Source: Phycisphaerae bacterium (GTDB lineage Bacteria; Planctomycetota; Phycisphaerae; UBA1845; Fen-1342). From it: a DNA stretch of 64,000 nucleotides. The stretch spans positions 64,001-128,000 of the forward strand of contig JASFQK010000011.1 of NCBI GenBank assembly GCA_050115495.1. Reading direction: 5' to 3'. A model generated the notes under the pieces. It saw nothing but the letters and a program-made list of their open reading frames with translations, ran no database searches and had not been told where the DNA came from. Below, in pieces: positions 19,147 to 27,602 of this stretch. The number at the start of each line of letters is the position of its first letter. Position 1 is the first letter of the stretch. Both the position numbers and the translations under genes were made by a program.

Positions 19147-19308
19147 ATGCGCAAGAGCTCGTGGATCAAGTGGAGCTGCCTGCTGGCCGGTGGAGCCCTC
19201 TTGTTGCAGGCGCCGACCTGCGCCCAGTACACCGCCACCGTGGGTGACCTGGCGATGGTCGCTGCCGCCGGCGGCGTCTGGTACCTGGTTTCCCGCGTGC
19301 TGGAGTAG
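19147..19308 (+). CDS. Small hydrophobic protein (53 aa)
   Basis: GAGGA RBS, GC3-rich codons, signal-like N-terminus and a second hydrophobic segment. Confidence 0.6.
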   Translation: MRKSSWIKWSCLLAGGALLLQAPTCAQYTATVGDLAMVAAAGGVWYLVSRVLE

Positions 19309-19362
19309 TACGCCGCGACGGCCGGTTTCCTTCGGCCGCCGGCATCGTCTGGCGAGGTGAGC

Positions 19363-20127
19363 ATGCCCCACAGCCTGATCGCCTGCCGAACGACCGCCTA
19401 CGGTCCGTTCGAGCACTTGGCGTTTGAACATCTGGCGGGTCTCGGCATTGGCCATGTCGAGGTCCTGGCTCCGCCGCCGGACCAGTCGGACCAACTGCGG
19501 GCCGACCTGGAGCGCTGGGGTTTGCGCGCGAGCACCGTGCACGCGCCCTGTGATCTGACGCGGGACGACGTCGCCGACCAGATCGCGGCCCAGATGCCGC
19601 TATTCTCGGCCCTGGGCACGCGCCTGATGTTCGTCGCGGTCAAGATGGGCACCGTGCCCTTCAAGACCGCCTGCGATCGGCTGCGGACTGCCGGCGAGGT
19701 CGCCGCCGAGCATGGCGTGACCATCGTCGTCGAGACGCATCCGGACTTGGCCACCAATGGCGAGATCGCCCTCTGCACCATGCAGACCGTCGATCACCCC
19801 AACGTCCGCATCAACTTCGACACGGCCAACATCTACTTCTACAACCACGACACCGACGCTGCCCGCGAATTGCGCACCATACTGCCCTACGTCGCCGCCG
19901 TGCACCTCAAGGACACCGACGGCGGCTACCGGCACTGGCACTTTCCCGCACTCGGCCGGGGTGTCGTGAATTTCCCGAAGGTCTTCGGCCTGCTCGATAG
20001 CGCCGGCTTCAACGGCCCGTGCACGCTGGAGATCGAGGGCATCGAGGGCGAGCAACGGACCGAGCGCCTCGTCTGCGACCGCATCGCGGAGTCGCTCGGC
20101 TATCTGCGCGGCCTGGGCCGGCTCTGA
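19363..20127 (+). CDS. Sugar phosphate isomerase/epimerase (xylose isomerase-like TIM barrel)
   Basis: VETH, NFDTAN, VHLKD, LGRGVVNF and LEIE motifs. Confidence 0.9.
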   Translation: MPHSLIACRTTAYGPFEHLAFEHLAGLGIGHVEVLAPPPDQSDQLRADLERWGLRASTVHAPCDLTRDDVADQIAAQMPLFSALGTRLMFVAVKMGTVPFKTACDRLRTAGEVAAEHGVTIVVETHPDLATNGEIALCTMQTVDHPNVRINFDTANIYFYNHDTDAARELRTILPYVAAVHLKDTDGGYRHWHFPALGRGVVNFPKVFGLLDSAGFNGPCTLEIEGIEGEQRTERLVCDRIAESLGYLRGLGRL

Positions 20128-20296
20128 CACCCCCCCCAGGGGGGATGGGTCGGGGACGGACTTGCGCGCAAGATTTGCGCCCAGGAGGGGCATGGGAGGC
20201 GGCGGAGCCGCTGTAACATATGGGCAGGGCGGTTCTTAACTGCCCGAGTCTGCGGGATGCGCCGATAGCAGGGGCAAGGTCTCGCTGGACTGCGCC

Positions 20297-21004
20297 ATGC
20301 CGTATCGCAATATGAACATCGACGAGCTCGCCCGCCATCTGGGTATGGACGCCCGGCTGGTGCGCAAATGGGCCGAGCGCGGCAAGCTCCCCGGAACGAT
20401 GGTGAAGGGCGAATGGCGCTTCAACCGCGCTCAGCTCCTCGACTGGCTTCAGCAGGAAATCCACAGCCTCGAGCATGTGCACGTGCAGAACCTCGAACGG
20501 GCCATGTCCAGTGATGAAGACCACGAGCATCTCGTCACCGAGCTCATCCCCACCGAGGGCATCAACATGAACCTGCCCGCTCGCTCGCGGGCCTCGGTTC
20601 TGCGTGAGCTCGTCGTTCTCGCCGAACGCACCGGCCTCGTCTACGACGGCCCCGGCCTGCTCGAAGCAGTGCAGGAACGCGAAGAGCTGGTCTCGACCGC
20701 GCTGCCCGGCGGCCTGGCCTTTCCCCACCCCCGGCGACCCATGCCGTACGCCACCGCCGAACCGCTGATCTGCGTGGCCCGTGTCCCCGGCGGCATTCCC
20801 TTCGGTGCACCCGACGGCGGCATGACCTACGTCTTCGTCTTCGTGTGCAGCCACGAGGAGCGCCAGCACCTCTGCGTGCTCGCCCGCCTGGCTCTCATGT
20901 TCTGCTCGGATATGGCCCTGCGCCTGCGCGACATCGACGACGCGGAGACAGCTCTGGCCGCGATGCTTGAGCGCGAAGCCGAGATCGTCGCCTCCCGCCG
21001 CTAG
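20297..21004 (+). CDS. HTH (excisionase-like) plus PTS EIIA (PtsN/fructose-type) protein
   Basis: N-terminal DELARHLG..GKLPG..KGEWRF; REELVSTAL..GLAFPH phospho-His motif. Confidence 0.9.
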   Translation: MPYRNMNIDELARHLGMDARLVRKWAERGKLPGTMVKGEWRFNRAQLLDWLQQEIHSLEHVHVQNLERAMSSDEDHEHLVTELIPTEGINMNLPARSRASVLRELVVLAERTGLVYDGPGLLEAVQEREELVSTALPGGLAFPHPRRPMPYATAEPLICVARVPGGIPFGAPDGGMTYVFVFVCSHEERQHLCVLARLALMFCSDMALRLRDIDDAETALAAMLEREAEIVASRR

Positions 21005-21050
21005 CGCCGCTTTCCCTCTCTGACACTGTCCCCCACGAACGCTACCGCCG

Positions 21051-22754
21051 TCAGTCTCGGAACTTGATCCGGTCGATGATCTTGAAGTCCTCGGGGCGGA
21101 CGAGGTCCTTGCGCTTGTACACGCGCACGTTGTCCGAGACGGCTATGTCCGCCACCATCTCGTAGTTGTCGTCGATCCACTCGCCGAATTCCGCTTGCGG
21201 TTTCGGCTTGTCCGGGCTCTGGCCGTGCAGCCACAGGTAGTCGGAATACGACAGCACGATCACCGCCGGCGGGTTGGCGAACAGGTCCTTCTGCAGCTCA
21301 TCCAGCACGAACTGGGCCTGCCCCGGCACCTGCCCGACCTTCTCCGTCGTCGTGTAGCGGACGGCGTTGATCCGCCGCGCTTCCAGGTACACGCCCGGGA
21401 AGTAGCCCCAGCACTGGACCTTCTGATCCGGCGTGGTGACGCCGGCGACCGCGTCGCCGATGATCTCCCACTCCGCCCGCTGCCCCTGAAGGCTGCGGAA
21501 CACCCAGACCTTGCTGACCTCTTCCCACTGCCGCGTCACCGCGTCGATCGAGAAGTAGGCGATGGCCACGAACGCCGCCACCACCCACGCCCGCTGCTCC
21601 AGCCGCACCGGCAGGCGCATCTCCGCCTGGAGGACGTTCACCAGGTAGGCGGCCATCAGCATCAGCGGCGGTATGCTCGGCACCAGGTAGTGCCGGAACG
21701 CGTCCGGACTGATAAGCGCGCCATAGAAGGCCACCGCGTACCAGATCGCGAACAGCAGCATGTATCGCGGACAGACCGCCCCGATCTGACGCAGTGGCCG
21801 CTCGATCTCCGGCGGCCGATGCTGCGGACGCAGCCGCCACAGCACGGCGTGGATGCAGCCGGCGATCGCCATCAGCAGCGGCAGCCGCATGATCGGGAAG
21901 AAGTGATCCTTCAGCAGCATCCACGAGACGAAGCTGTACGGAAACTGGCTCTTGCCCGTGGCGAAGTACGCGTGGTTGAACGTGAACGTGGCGAACCACG
22001 CGTCGTCCAGCGCCCCCTGGCTCGCCAGGTACGCCGCCGCCAGCGCGACCGTCGCGCACAGCCCGCCCAGCAGGAGGAAGCAGCGGGCCACCGCCTGTCG
22101 GAACGGCACCTCCCGCGTCAGCATCAGGATGATCGTGTGCAGGCCCATCGCCCCCCAGGCGGCCAGCCCGACCTGCTTGAACAGGAACGCCGCCCCGCAG
22201 CACATCCCCGCCAAATACCACTTCCACCACCGGTCTTTGGCATAGCCGCGCACGTAGAACAGCACGGCGGCCAGCTCCCAGGCCACCAGGAACGTCTCCG
22301 TGCGGTTGGTTCCTCCCGTATAGAAGCCGTGTGTCAGCCAGAAGCTCAGTAGCACCGTCGCGAACGCCGCCGCCCCCCGGTAGAACAGCGACGCACTGAT
22401 CGCCAAAAAGCACACGTGCGCCACCACCAGCGCCGCGGTGCACATCGCGATCACGCCGAAGTAGCTGCCCCCGCCGACCAGCATCCCCAGGGCGTTGATC
22501 CAGTAGATGCCGGGTGGCTTGTTGTCCCACACGTCGACGTACACCGTCGCCCCGTGTGCGATCCGCCAGCCGTAGTACCCGAACATCTGGTCGTCGACCA
22601 CGTCCGTCCGGTAGTACGCCAGCACCTGCGACAGCAGGATCATCGGCCCCACCAGGGCCACGACCACCGTGATCAGCAGCGGCCACGGCGTCGGCCGATA
22701 GGCTTCCTCACGAGGGGCGTAGGCCAGTGGTGGTCTGTGCTCTGTCGAGTTCAA
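21051..22754 (-). CDS. GT-C fold glycosyltransferase (GT39/ArnT-like)
   Basis: Acidic DD after TM1, YVDVWDNKPPG, FLFKQ, many TM helices. Confidence 0.8.
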   Translation of the reverse strand: MNSTEHRPPLAYAPREEAYRPTPWPLLITVVVALVGPMILLSQVLAYYRTDVVDDQMFGYYGWRIAHGATVYVDVWDNKPPGIYWINALGMLVGGGSYFGVIAMCTAALVVAHVCFLAISASLFYRGAAAFATVLLSFWLTHGFYTGGTNRTETFLVAWELAAVLFYVRGYAKDRWWKWYLAGMCCGAAFLFKQVGLAAWGAMGLHTIILMLTREVPFRQAVARCFLLLGGLCATVALAAAYLASQGALDDAWFATFTFNHAYFATGKSQFPYSFVSWMLLKDHFFPIMRLPLLMAIAGCIHAVLWRLRPQHRPPEIERPLRQIGAVCPRYMLLFAIWYAVAFYGALISPDAFRHYLVPSIPPLMLMAAYLVNVLQAEMRLPVRLEQRAWVVAAFVAIAYFSIDAVTRQWEEVSKVWVFRSLQGQRAEWEIIGDAVAGVTTPDQKVQCWGYFPGVYLEARRINAVRYTTTEKVGQVPGQAQFVLDELQKDLFANPPAVIVLSYSDYLWLHGQSPDKPKPQAEFGEWIDDNYEMVADIAVSDNVRVYKRKDLVRPEDFKIIDRIKFRD

Positions 22755-22758
22755 CGAG

Positions 22759-23499
22759 TTACACCAGCTTCAGAGCCTGTTGCAGGCGGGCCTGGGCGCT
22801 GTCCCAGTTGACCACGTTCAGGAACGCCTTGATGAAGTCAGACCGGCGGTTCTGGAACTTCAGATAATACGCGTGCTCCCATACGTCGATCGCCAGCAGT
22901 GGTACGCAGCCCCACACGCCCAGGTTCTGGTGCTTCTCCGCCTGGAGCACGAGCAGCCGCTGCGACACCGGCTCGAGGGCCAGTACGCTCCAGCCGCTGC
23001 CCTGCACCTGCTGCGCGGCTGCCGCCAACTGCGCCCGAAACGCGTCGATGGTGCCGAAATCTCGCGTAATGGCCTGGGCGATCTCGCTGCCCGCCGCCGG
23101 GTCGCCACCGCCACCGCGCTTCATGCTCTCGAAGAACAGCGTGTGCAGCAGGTGCCCGGAGGCGTTGAAGGCCAACGATTCGGTCACCGTCCGCACGCGG
23201 TGGATCTCGTTGCCGCCCACGCGGCGGATTTCCTCCAGTTCCGCGACGGCCGCATTCGCCCCGCGAACGTACCCCGCGTGGTGCACGTCGTGGTGCAGTT
23301 TCATCGTCTGGGCGTCGAGGTGCGGCTCGAGGTCGGCGTAGTCGTACGGCAGGGGGGGCAGGCGGTAGGGGCCCTGTACCTCGCTCGCCGGCTGGTCGTC
23401 GGCCGCCGGCGCCGCTTGTGCCGAGGCGCTGCCCAGTGCATACCATCCACCCAATAGCGCCGCGGAACCCAGAATCTCTCGGCGTGATAAGACGCTCAT
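22759..23499 (-). CDS. Fe/Mn superoxide dismutase with Tat signal peptide
   Basis: LPPLPYDY..LEP, HHDVHH and DVWEHAYY motifs; N-terminal SRREIL..ASA; GGAGG RBS. Confidence 0.94.
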   Translation of the reverse strand: MSVLSRREILGSAALLGGWYALGSASAQAAPAADDQPASEVQGPYRLPPLPYDYADLEPHLDAQTMKLHHDVHHAGYVRGANAAVAELEEIRRVGGNEIHRVRTVTESLAFNASGHLLHTLFFESMKRGGGGDPAAGSEIAQAITRDFGTIDAFRAQLAAAAQQVQGSGWSVLALEPVSQRLLVLQAEKHQNLGVWGCVPLLAIDVWEHAYYLKFQNRRSDFIKAFLNVVNWDSAQARLQQALKLV

Positions 23500-23531
23500 G
23501 GCGCCCTCCTTGGCCTTGCTCCGTTCGTCGC

Positions 23532-23882
23532 TTACGTGCAGTTCTGCGGCGCCGGGATCAGGCAGATGAACTCCAGCGGCTCGCGACCGTTGTTCTGGAA
23601 CTGGTGCTTTTCGTTCGGCGGCATCCATACCACGTCGCCCGCCCGGCAGGGGTGGTCGCCGCCGGCGCTCCGCACGATGCCGGCACCCTTCACGATGAGC
23701 ACCTCGTGCTCGTAATCGTGGGTGTGGTGCGGCGTGTGCCCGCCGGGGGCCACCTCGAAGTGACGCATGTGGAAGACGTCCGCACCCTCGTCGGGGCCGA
23801 TCAGCATACGCATACGCACACCTTCGGCGCCTTCGTGCGTGACGTCCTTCTGCTCGACCTGGACCAGCGGCCTGATCTTCAT
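23532..23882 (-). CDS. Cupin domain protein
   Basis: GGHTPHHTHDYEHE and PPNEKHQF motifs. Confidence 0.9.
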   Translation of the reverse strand: MKIRPLVQVEQKDVTHEGAEGVRMRMLIGPDEGADVFHMRHFEVAPGGHTPHHTHDYEHEVLIVKGAGIVRSAGGDHPCRAGDVVWMPPNEKHQFQNNGREPLEFICLIPAPQNCT

Positions 23883-23899
23883 GGCTGGCTCTCCGGGGA

Positions 23900-24352
23900 T
23901 TAGTCGCGCACGATCCATTGATCGGGGGCGCGCGTGTACGAGACGATCTCCGCCGGCGTGAAGAACAGGGCGATTTCCTTCGCCGCCGTCTCCGGACCGT
24001 CGCTGGCGTGGACCAGGTTGTACTGCTGGTCGAGGCCGAAATCGCCGCGAATGGTGCCGGGCGCCGCCTGGATCCCGTTGGTGGCTCCGAGCAGGTTGCG
24101 CACCACGGTGATCGCCGACGGCCCTTCGAGCACCGCCAGGATCACGGGACCGGCCGTCATGAACTCAACGAGCGATCCGTAGAACGGCCGGTCCTTGTGC
24201 ACCTCGTAGTGCTTTTCCACCTGCGCCCGGGGCGACTGCTGGAGCTTCATCGCCGCAATCCGCAGACCCTTGTCCTCGAAACGGGCCAGGATGCGCCCCA
24301 CCAGCAGGCGATGAATGGCATCCGGCTTGAAGATAATCAACGTGCGTTCCAT
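23900..24352 (-). CDS. ndk: Nucleoside diphosphate kinase
   Basis: ERTLIIFKPD, PGTIRGDF and NLVHASD motifs. Confidence 0.97.
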   Translation of the reverse strand: MERTLIIFKPDAIHRLLVGRILARFEDKGLRIAAMKLQQSPRAQVEKHYEVHKDRPFYGSLVEFMTAGPVILAVLEGPSAITVVRNLLGATNGIQAAPGTIRGDFGLDQQYNLVHASDGPETAAKEIALFFTPAEIVSYTRAPDQWIVRD

Positions 24353-24444
24353 ACGGGCTCCCTAAGGATTATGCTGTGTGCGGGATTGTAGCGGATGGTG
24401 CAGGGGCGAGAAAGCCGCGCCCCCGCCGGACCAGGTGACTCGCC

Positions 24445-25380
24445 ATGACGCGCTGCTGCGGGCTGCTGCTCCTGCCTGTCCTGTTGCTGGGCCTCGCCGG
24501 CTGCACCGCCGCCGGTCCCCGCCCGCTCACACCCGTCGAGCAGGCCGTCGCCGACGCCGCCCGCCCCATCCTCGAAATGGACCCCGACGCCGTCTGGACC
24601 GACTGCTACAACCGCCTCGTCGACCTCGCCCCGGCGAGCCTGACCTACCTCGCCGAGCAGCCGGACTTCTGCCACCCGGCAGCGCCCGACAGCTTACCGG
24701 TCCTGACGCACACCTCCCTTGTGCGTCTGCTGATTCAGCCGGGCCTGCGGCCTGCGGTTACCGCGACCTGCCTGGACACCAGCCTCGACGTGCTCTACTT
24801 CGACCTCAAGGTCGGCGGTGAGCGGCTGGGCACGCCGCTGCTGGCCTCGCCATCCCCGCCCGCCACGTGGCACGAGCTCTACGCTGGCAAGTTCGATCAC
24901 CATCTAGCCGGCCGAATCGACGTCGAGGCCGACCGCCAGGTCTTGCACCGCTGGTGGCTCGAAAACCGCGATCGGGCGTCGCTCGTCGCCGAATGCCGCC
25001 GGCTGCGCCCGCAGCCCGAGCCGCTGTGGAAGGTGTTGTCTCGTCGGCCGGCCGACCGCTGGGAGTATCAGCCGGAGGTCCGCGCCGTCCGTTGTTCGAC
25101 GCAGGCCGAGCCGGTGATGATTTCGACCGTGACGTACGACTACAATCTGGTCCGAGCGACGTGCATCTGGCTCGGGGCGAGCGGTCGACCCGACGTGCGC
25201 GAGGGCCTCATCGGCCTCGTCGCCAGTCCCTCGGCCGTCATCGCCCATAATGCCCTGTTCTCGCTCGCTTACGTGCCGGACGAACGCATCCGCGACGTAT
25301 TGCGGCGGTACAAGGAAACGCAGGGGTTCCGCCCGCGGTCGGAACCCGCCGAGCCCCGCGCGTCGACGATGCGAACCTGA
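24445..25380 (+). CDS. Hypothetical lipoprotein with HEAT-like C-terminus
   Basis: Lipobox LAGC; helical C-terminal repeat. Confidence 0.65.
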   Translation: MTRCCGLLLLPVLLLGLAGCTAAGPRPLTPVEQAVADAARPILEMDPDAVWTDCYNRLVDLAPASLTYLAEQPDFCHPAAPDSLPVLTHTSLVRLLIQPGLRPAVTATCLDTSLDVLYFDLKVGGERLGTPLLASPSPPATWHELYAGKFDHHLAGRIDVEADRQVLHRWWLENRDRASLVAECRRLRPQPEPLWKVLSRRPADRWEYQPEVRAVRCSTQAEPVMISTVTYDYNLVRATCIWLGASGRPDVREGLIGLVASPSAVIAHNALFSLAYVPDERIRDVLRRYKETQGFRPRSEPAEPRASTMRT

Positions 25381-25440
25381 ACGCAGAGGAGCAGGCGGGC
25401 GGCGCATGGTTCACCGCCCGGAGGCAAGGGAGTGCCACGC

Positions 25441-26160
25441 ATGAAGTGGATGCGACTCGCCATCGGCTCGGTCGTGCTCGTCGGCACGGCTGTCTTCGTC
25501 GCCGTCCAGTTTGGCAGCTACGAGGTCCGGCAGCTCCAGCAGGAAGTCAGCCGCCTCGAGCAGGAGCGTCAGCAGCTGCTGACCTACGCCCGACGCCTCT
25601 GCGCCTCGCGTCGCGTGGCCCAGGTCGACGTCGTCCGTCAGCGCGAAGACCGCGACGGCCGCACGATCAGCACCTTGCTCTGGCAGGAAATCGGCGCCGA
25701 CGGCACGCTCGGCAAACCGCTCGCCCTCGAAACCATCGGCCGACAGGTCTACTTCGAGGCTCTCGTCATCAAGTTCGACCCGGAGCTCGTCAAGGAGGGC
25801 GACGCCGAACGCGGCACCAGCCTCGCCATGTTCCGCCGCATCTTCGGCGATCGGCAGGCTCCCGAATCCGTCGACGACATCGACCGCTCCGCGCGCCCCC
25901 CCGTTCTCACCGGCGATGCACCCGCGTTGCACGACGAGTTGTGGGAGCGCTTCTGGGAGTTGATCGACGATCCCGAATTGGCCGCGAAGTTCGGCGTGCG
26001 GATCGCGCAATGCGAGGCCCCGTCTGTCCTGTTGAAGCCGAATCAGATCTGGGAAGTCACGCTCGACGCCGCCGGCGGTCTCAACCTGCGCAGAATCGGC
26101 ACGCGCGAGTCGGATGACGGTCACGTGTCCGCGTGGCCGGAGAGCCGGACATCGCCATGA
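25441..26160 (+). CDS. Hypothetical membrane-anchored coiled-coil protein
   Basis: N-terminal TM helix, Gln/Glu coiled coil, then a globular domain; GGAG RBS. Confidence 0.72.
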   Translation: MKWMRLAIGSVVLVGTAVFVAVQFGSYEVRQLQQEVSRLEQERQQLLTYARRLCASRRVAQVDVVRQREDRDGRTISTLLWQEIGADGTLGKPLALETIGRQVYFEALVIKFDPELVKEGDAERGTSLAMFRRIFGDRQAPESVDDIDRSARPPVLTGDAPALHDELWERFWELIDDPELAAKFGVRIAQCEAPSVLLKPNQIWEVTLDAAGGLNLRRIGTRESDDGHVSAWPESRTSP

Positions 26161-26212
26161 ACCCGCGGATTGGGAGCGATTCCGCAGCGCTGCGGACGCC
26201 AGACGTTAGCGC

Positions 26213-26326
26213 AAAAAAAGAGGGCGGATGTCGGTGGGCGCCGGGGGGAAACGCCACAGCCGAGCATGCCGCCCAGCGAGTCGCTTTCAAACCGGGGGGA
26301 GGGGAGGTCCCCGTACAACGACTCTC
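26213..26326 (-). ncRNA. Candidate small RNA with two C-rich-loop hairpins
   Basis: Upstream sigma70-like promoter; hairpin GAGUCGUU..AGCGACUC with ACCUCCCCUCC loop; second hairpin with UUUCCCCCC loop, then U7. Confidence 0.62.
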
Positions 26327-26359
26327 TAGGGAATATACCCTAGATTTGACTAGAATCAA
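26326..26359 (-). promoter_or_regulatory. Promoter of the candidate sRNA with an overlapping palindrome
   Basis: TTGATT-N16-TATATT; the -10 box sits inside CTAGGG-N6-CCCTAG. Confidence 0.55.
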
Positions 26360-26573
26360 TAGCCCGCGTCGAGAATGTTTGCAAAACGCACATTCTCACT
26401 GTAACTCGTTTTCACAAAGCTGTTTAAATTGTCCGTCCTAACGTCGGGAAGCGGACACTCCCTGTCTCATTAACTGCATTTCACGAACGGATGGCACGAG
26501 CAGATGCTCTAAGCCGAGGCACTCTCTCGCGCACTCTCTGCGCCCGTGGCGACACTGCGCAACGTGTTCGATC

Positions 26574-26602
26574 TGGACGCACCCGAGCGAGCGCGGTATA
26601 TT
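26574..26602 (+). promoter_or_regulatory. Promoter of tRNA-Tyr
   Basis: TGGACG-N17-TATATT. Confidence 0.5.
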
Positions 26603-26678
26603 TCCCGTCTCGCTCCTAAGGGGCGACGACAGCCGCACCGACCAGTATGGCGGGACGGCTCCAGGCCGCAAACCCGAT

Positions 26679-26761
26679 GGGCGTGTGTCCGAGTGGCCAA
26701 AGGAGACGGGCTGTAAACCCGTTGGCTTACGCCTACGGTGGTTCGAATCCACCCGCGCCCA
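26679..26761 (+). tRNA. tRNA-Tyr (GTA), CCA not encoded
   Basis: Acceptor GGGCGTG/CGCGCCC plus A discriminator; anticodon arm ACGGG-CTGTAAA-CCCGT; long variable arm; GGTTCGAATCC T-loop. Confidence 0.96.
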
Positions 26762-26774
26762 TTCGAGAACCAGC

Positions 26775-26814
26775 AGAGGCACCGGCGACGGACCCGCCGG
26801 TGCCTCCTCTGTTT
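26775..26814 (+). terminator. Hairpin/terminator downstream of tRNA-Tyr
   Basis: gaggcaccggcg/cgccggtgcctc stem followed by ctctgttt. Confidence 0.55.
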
Positions 26815-26849
26815 GGCCGCGTCGCGGTCGTCATTTCGGAGGAGCGGCG

Positions 26850-27563
26850 GTGAATCTCCACGATTTCCAGGCTCTCACCTTCGATTGTTACGGGACACTG
26901 ATCGACTGGGAAACCGGCCTGCTGAACGCTTTGCGCCCCTGGACGCAGCGCTGCGGGCTGGGGGCCGCTGACGAGGATTTGCTCACGGTCTTCGGCGAGC
27001 TCGAGCCCGCCGAGCAGGCCGCCCGCCCGACAACGCGATATCCCGAGATTCTCCGAGCTGTCCTGGCGAAAATGGCCGCCCACTTCGGCGTCGACGCGAC
27101 TGTCGACGAACTGGCCGCGTTCGGCGAGTCCGTCCGCGACTGGCCGGCGTTCGCTGACAGCCCGGCGGCGCTGGCCAGCCTCAAGGAATCCCACAAGCTG
27201 GTGATTGTCTCGAATATCGACCACGCATCTTTCGCCCACAGCGCCCGGAAGCTGGGTGTGGCGTTCGATCTGGTCATCACCGCCGAGGATGTGGGTAGCT
27301 ACAAGCCGGCCCCGGGGCACTTCACGGCGGCCCTGGCGGCCCTCGCGGATCGCGGGATCCCGCGCGAGCGCGTCCTGCACGTCGCCCAGAGCCTCTTCCA
27401 CGATCACGTTCCCGCCAAGGCCCTCGGCCTGCACACGGTGTGGGTCAATCGAAGGGCCGGCCGCTCGGGCAGCGGCGCCACCCGCACTCCCGACGTGGTC
27501 ATCCAGCCTGACCTGGTTGTACAGACCCTGGCCGAGCTTGCCGCCGCCTGTCGTGTAGCGTGA
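26850..27563 (+). CDS. HAD-superfamily hydrolase (haloacid dehalogenase type II-like)
   Basis: TFDCYGTLIDWE, SNID, YKP and HVAQSLFHD motifs; GGAGG RBS. Confidence 0.92.
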   Translation: MNLHDFQALTFDCYGTLIDWETGLLNALRPWTQRCGLGAADEDLLTVFGELEPAEQAARPTTRYPEILRAVLAKMAAHFGVDATVDELAAFGESVRDWPAFADSPAALASLKESHKLVIVSNIDHASFAHSARKLGVAFDLVITAEDVGSYKPAPGHFTAALAALADRGIPRERVLHVAQSLFHDHVPAKALGLHTVWVNRRAGRSGSGATRTPDVVIQPDLVVQTLAELAAACRVA

Positions 27564-27602
27564 CGCGCCCGTCGACGATCACGAGGTCGGCGTGGTCGCG
27601 GC

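Noticed and set aside
26685..26849. N-terminal extension of the HAD ORF
   Set aside because: It overlaps the tRNA and its terminator; RBS plus GTG at 26850 is the better start
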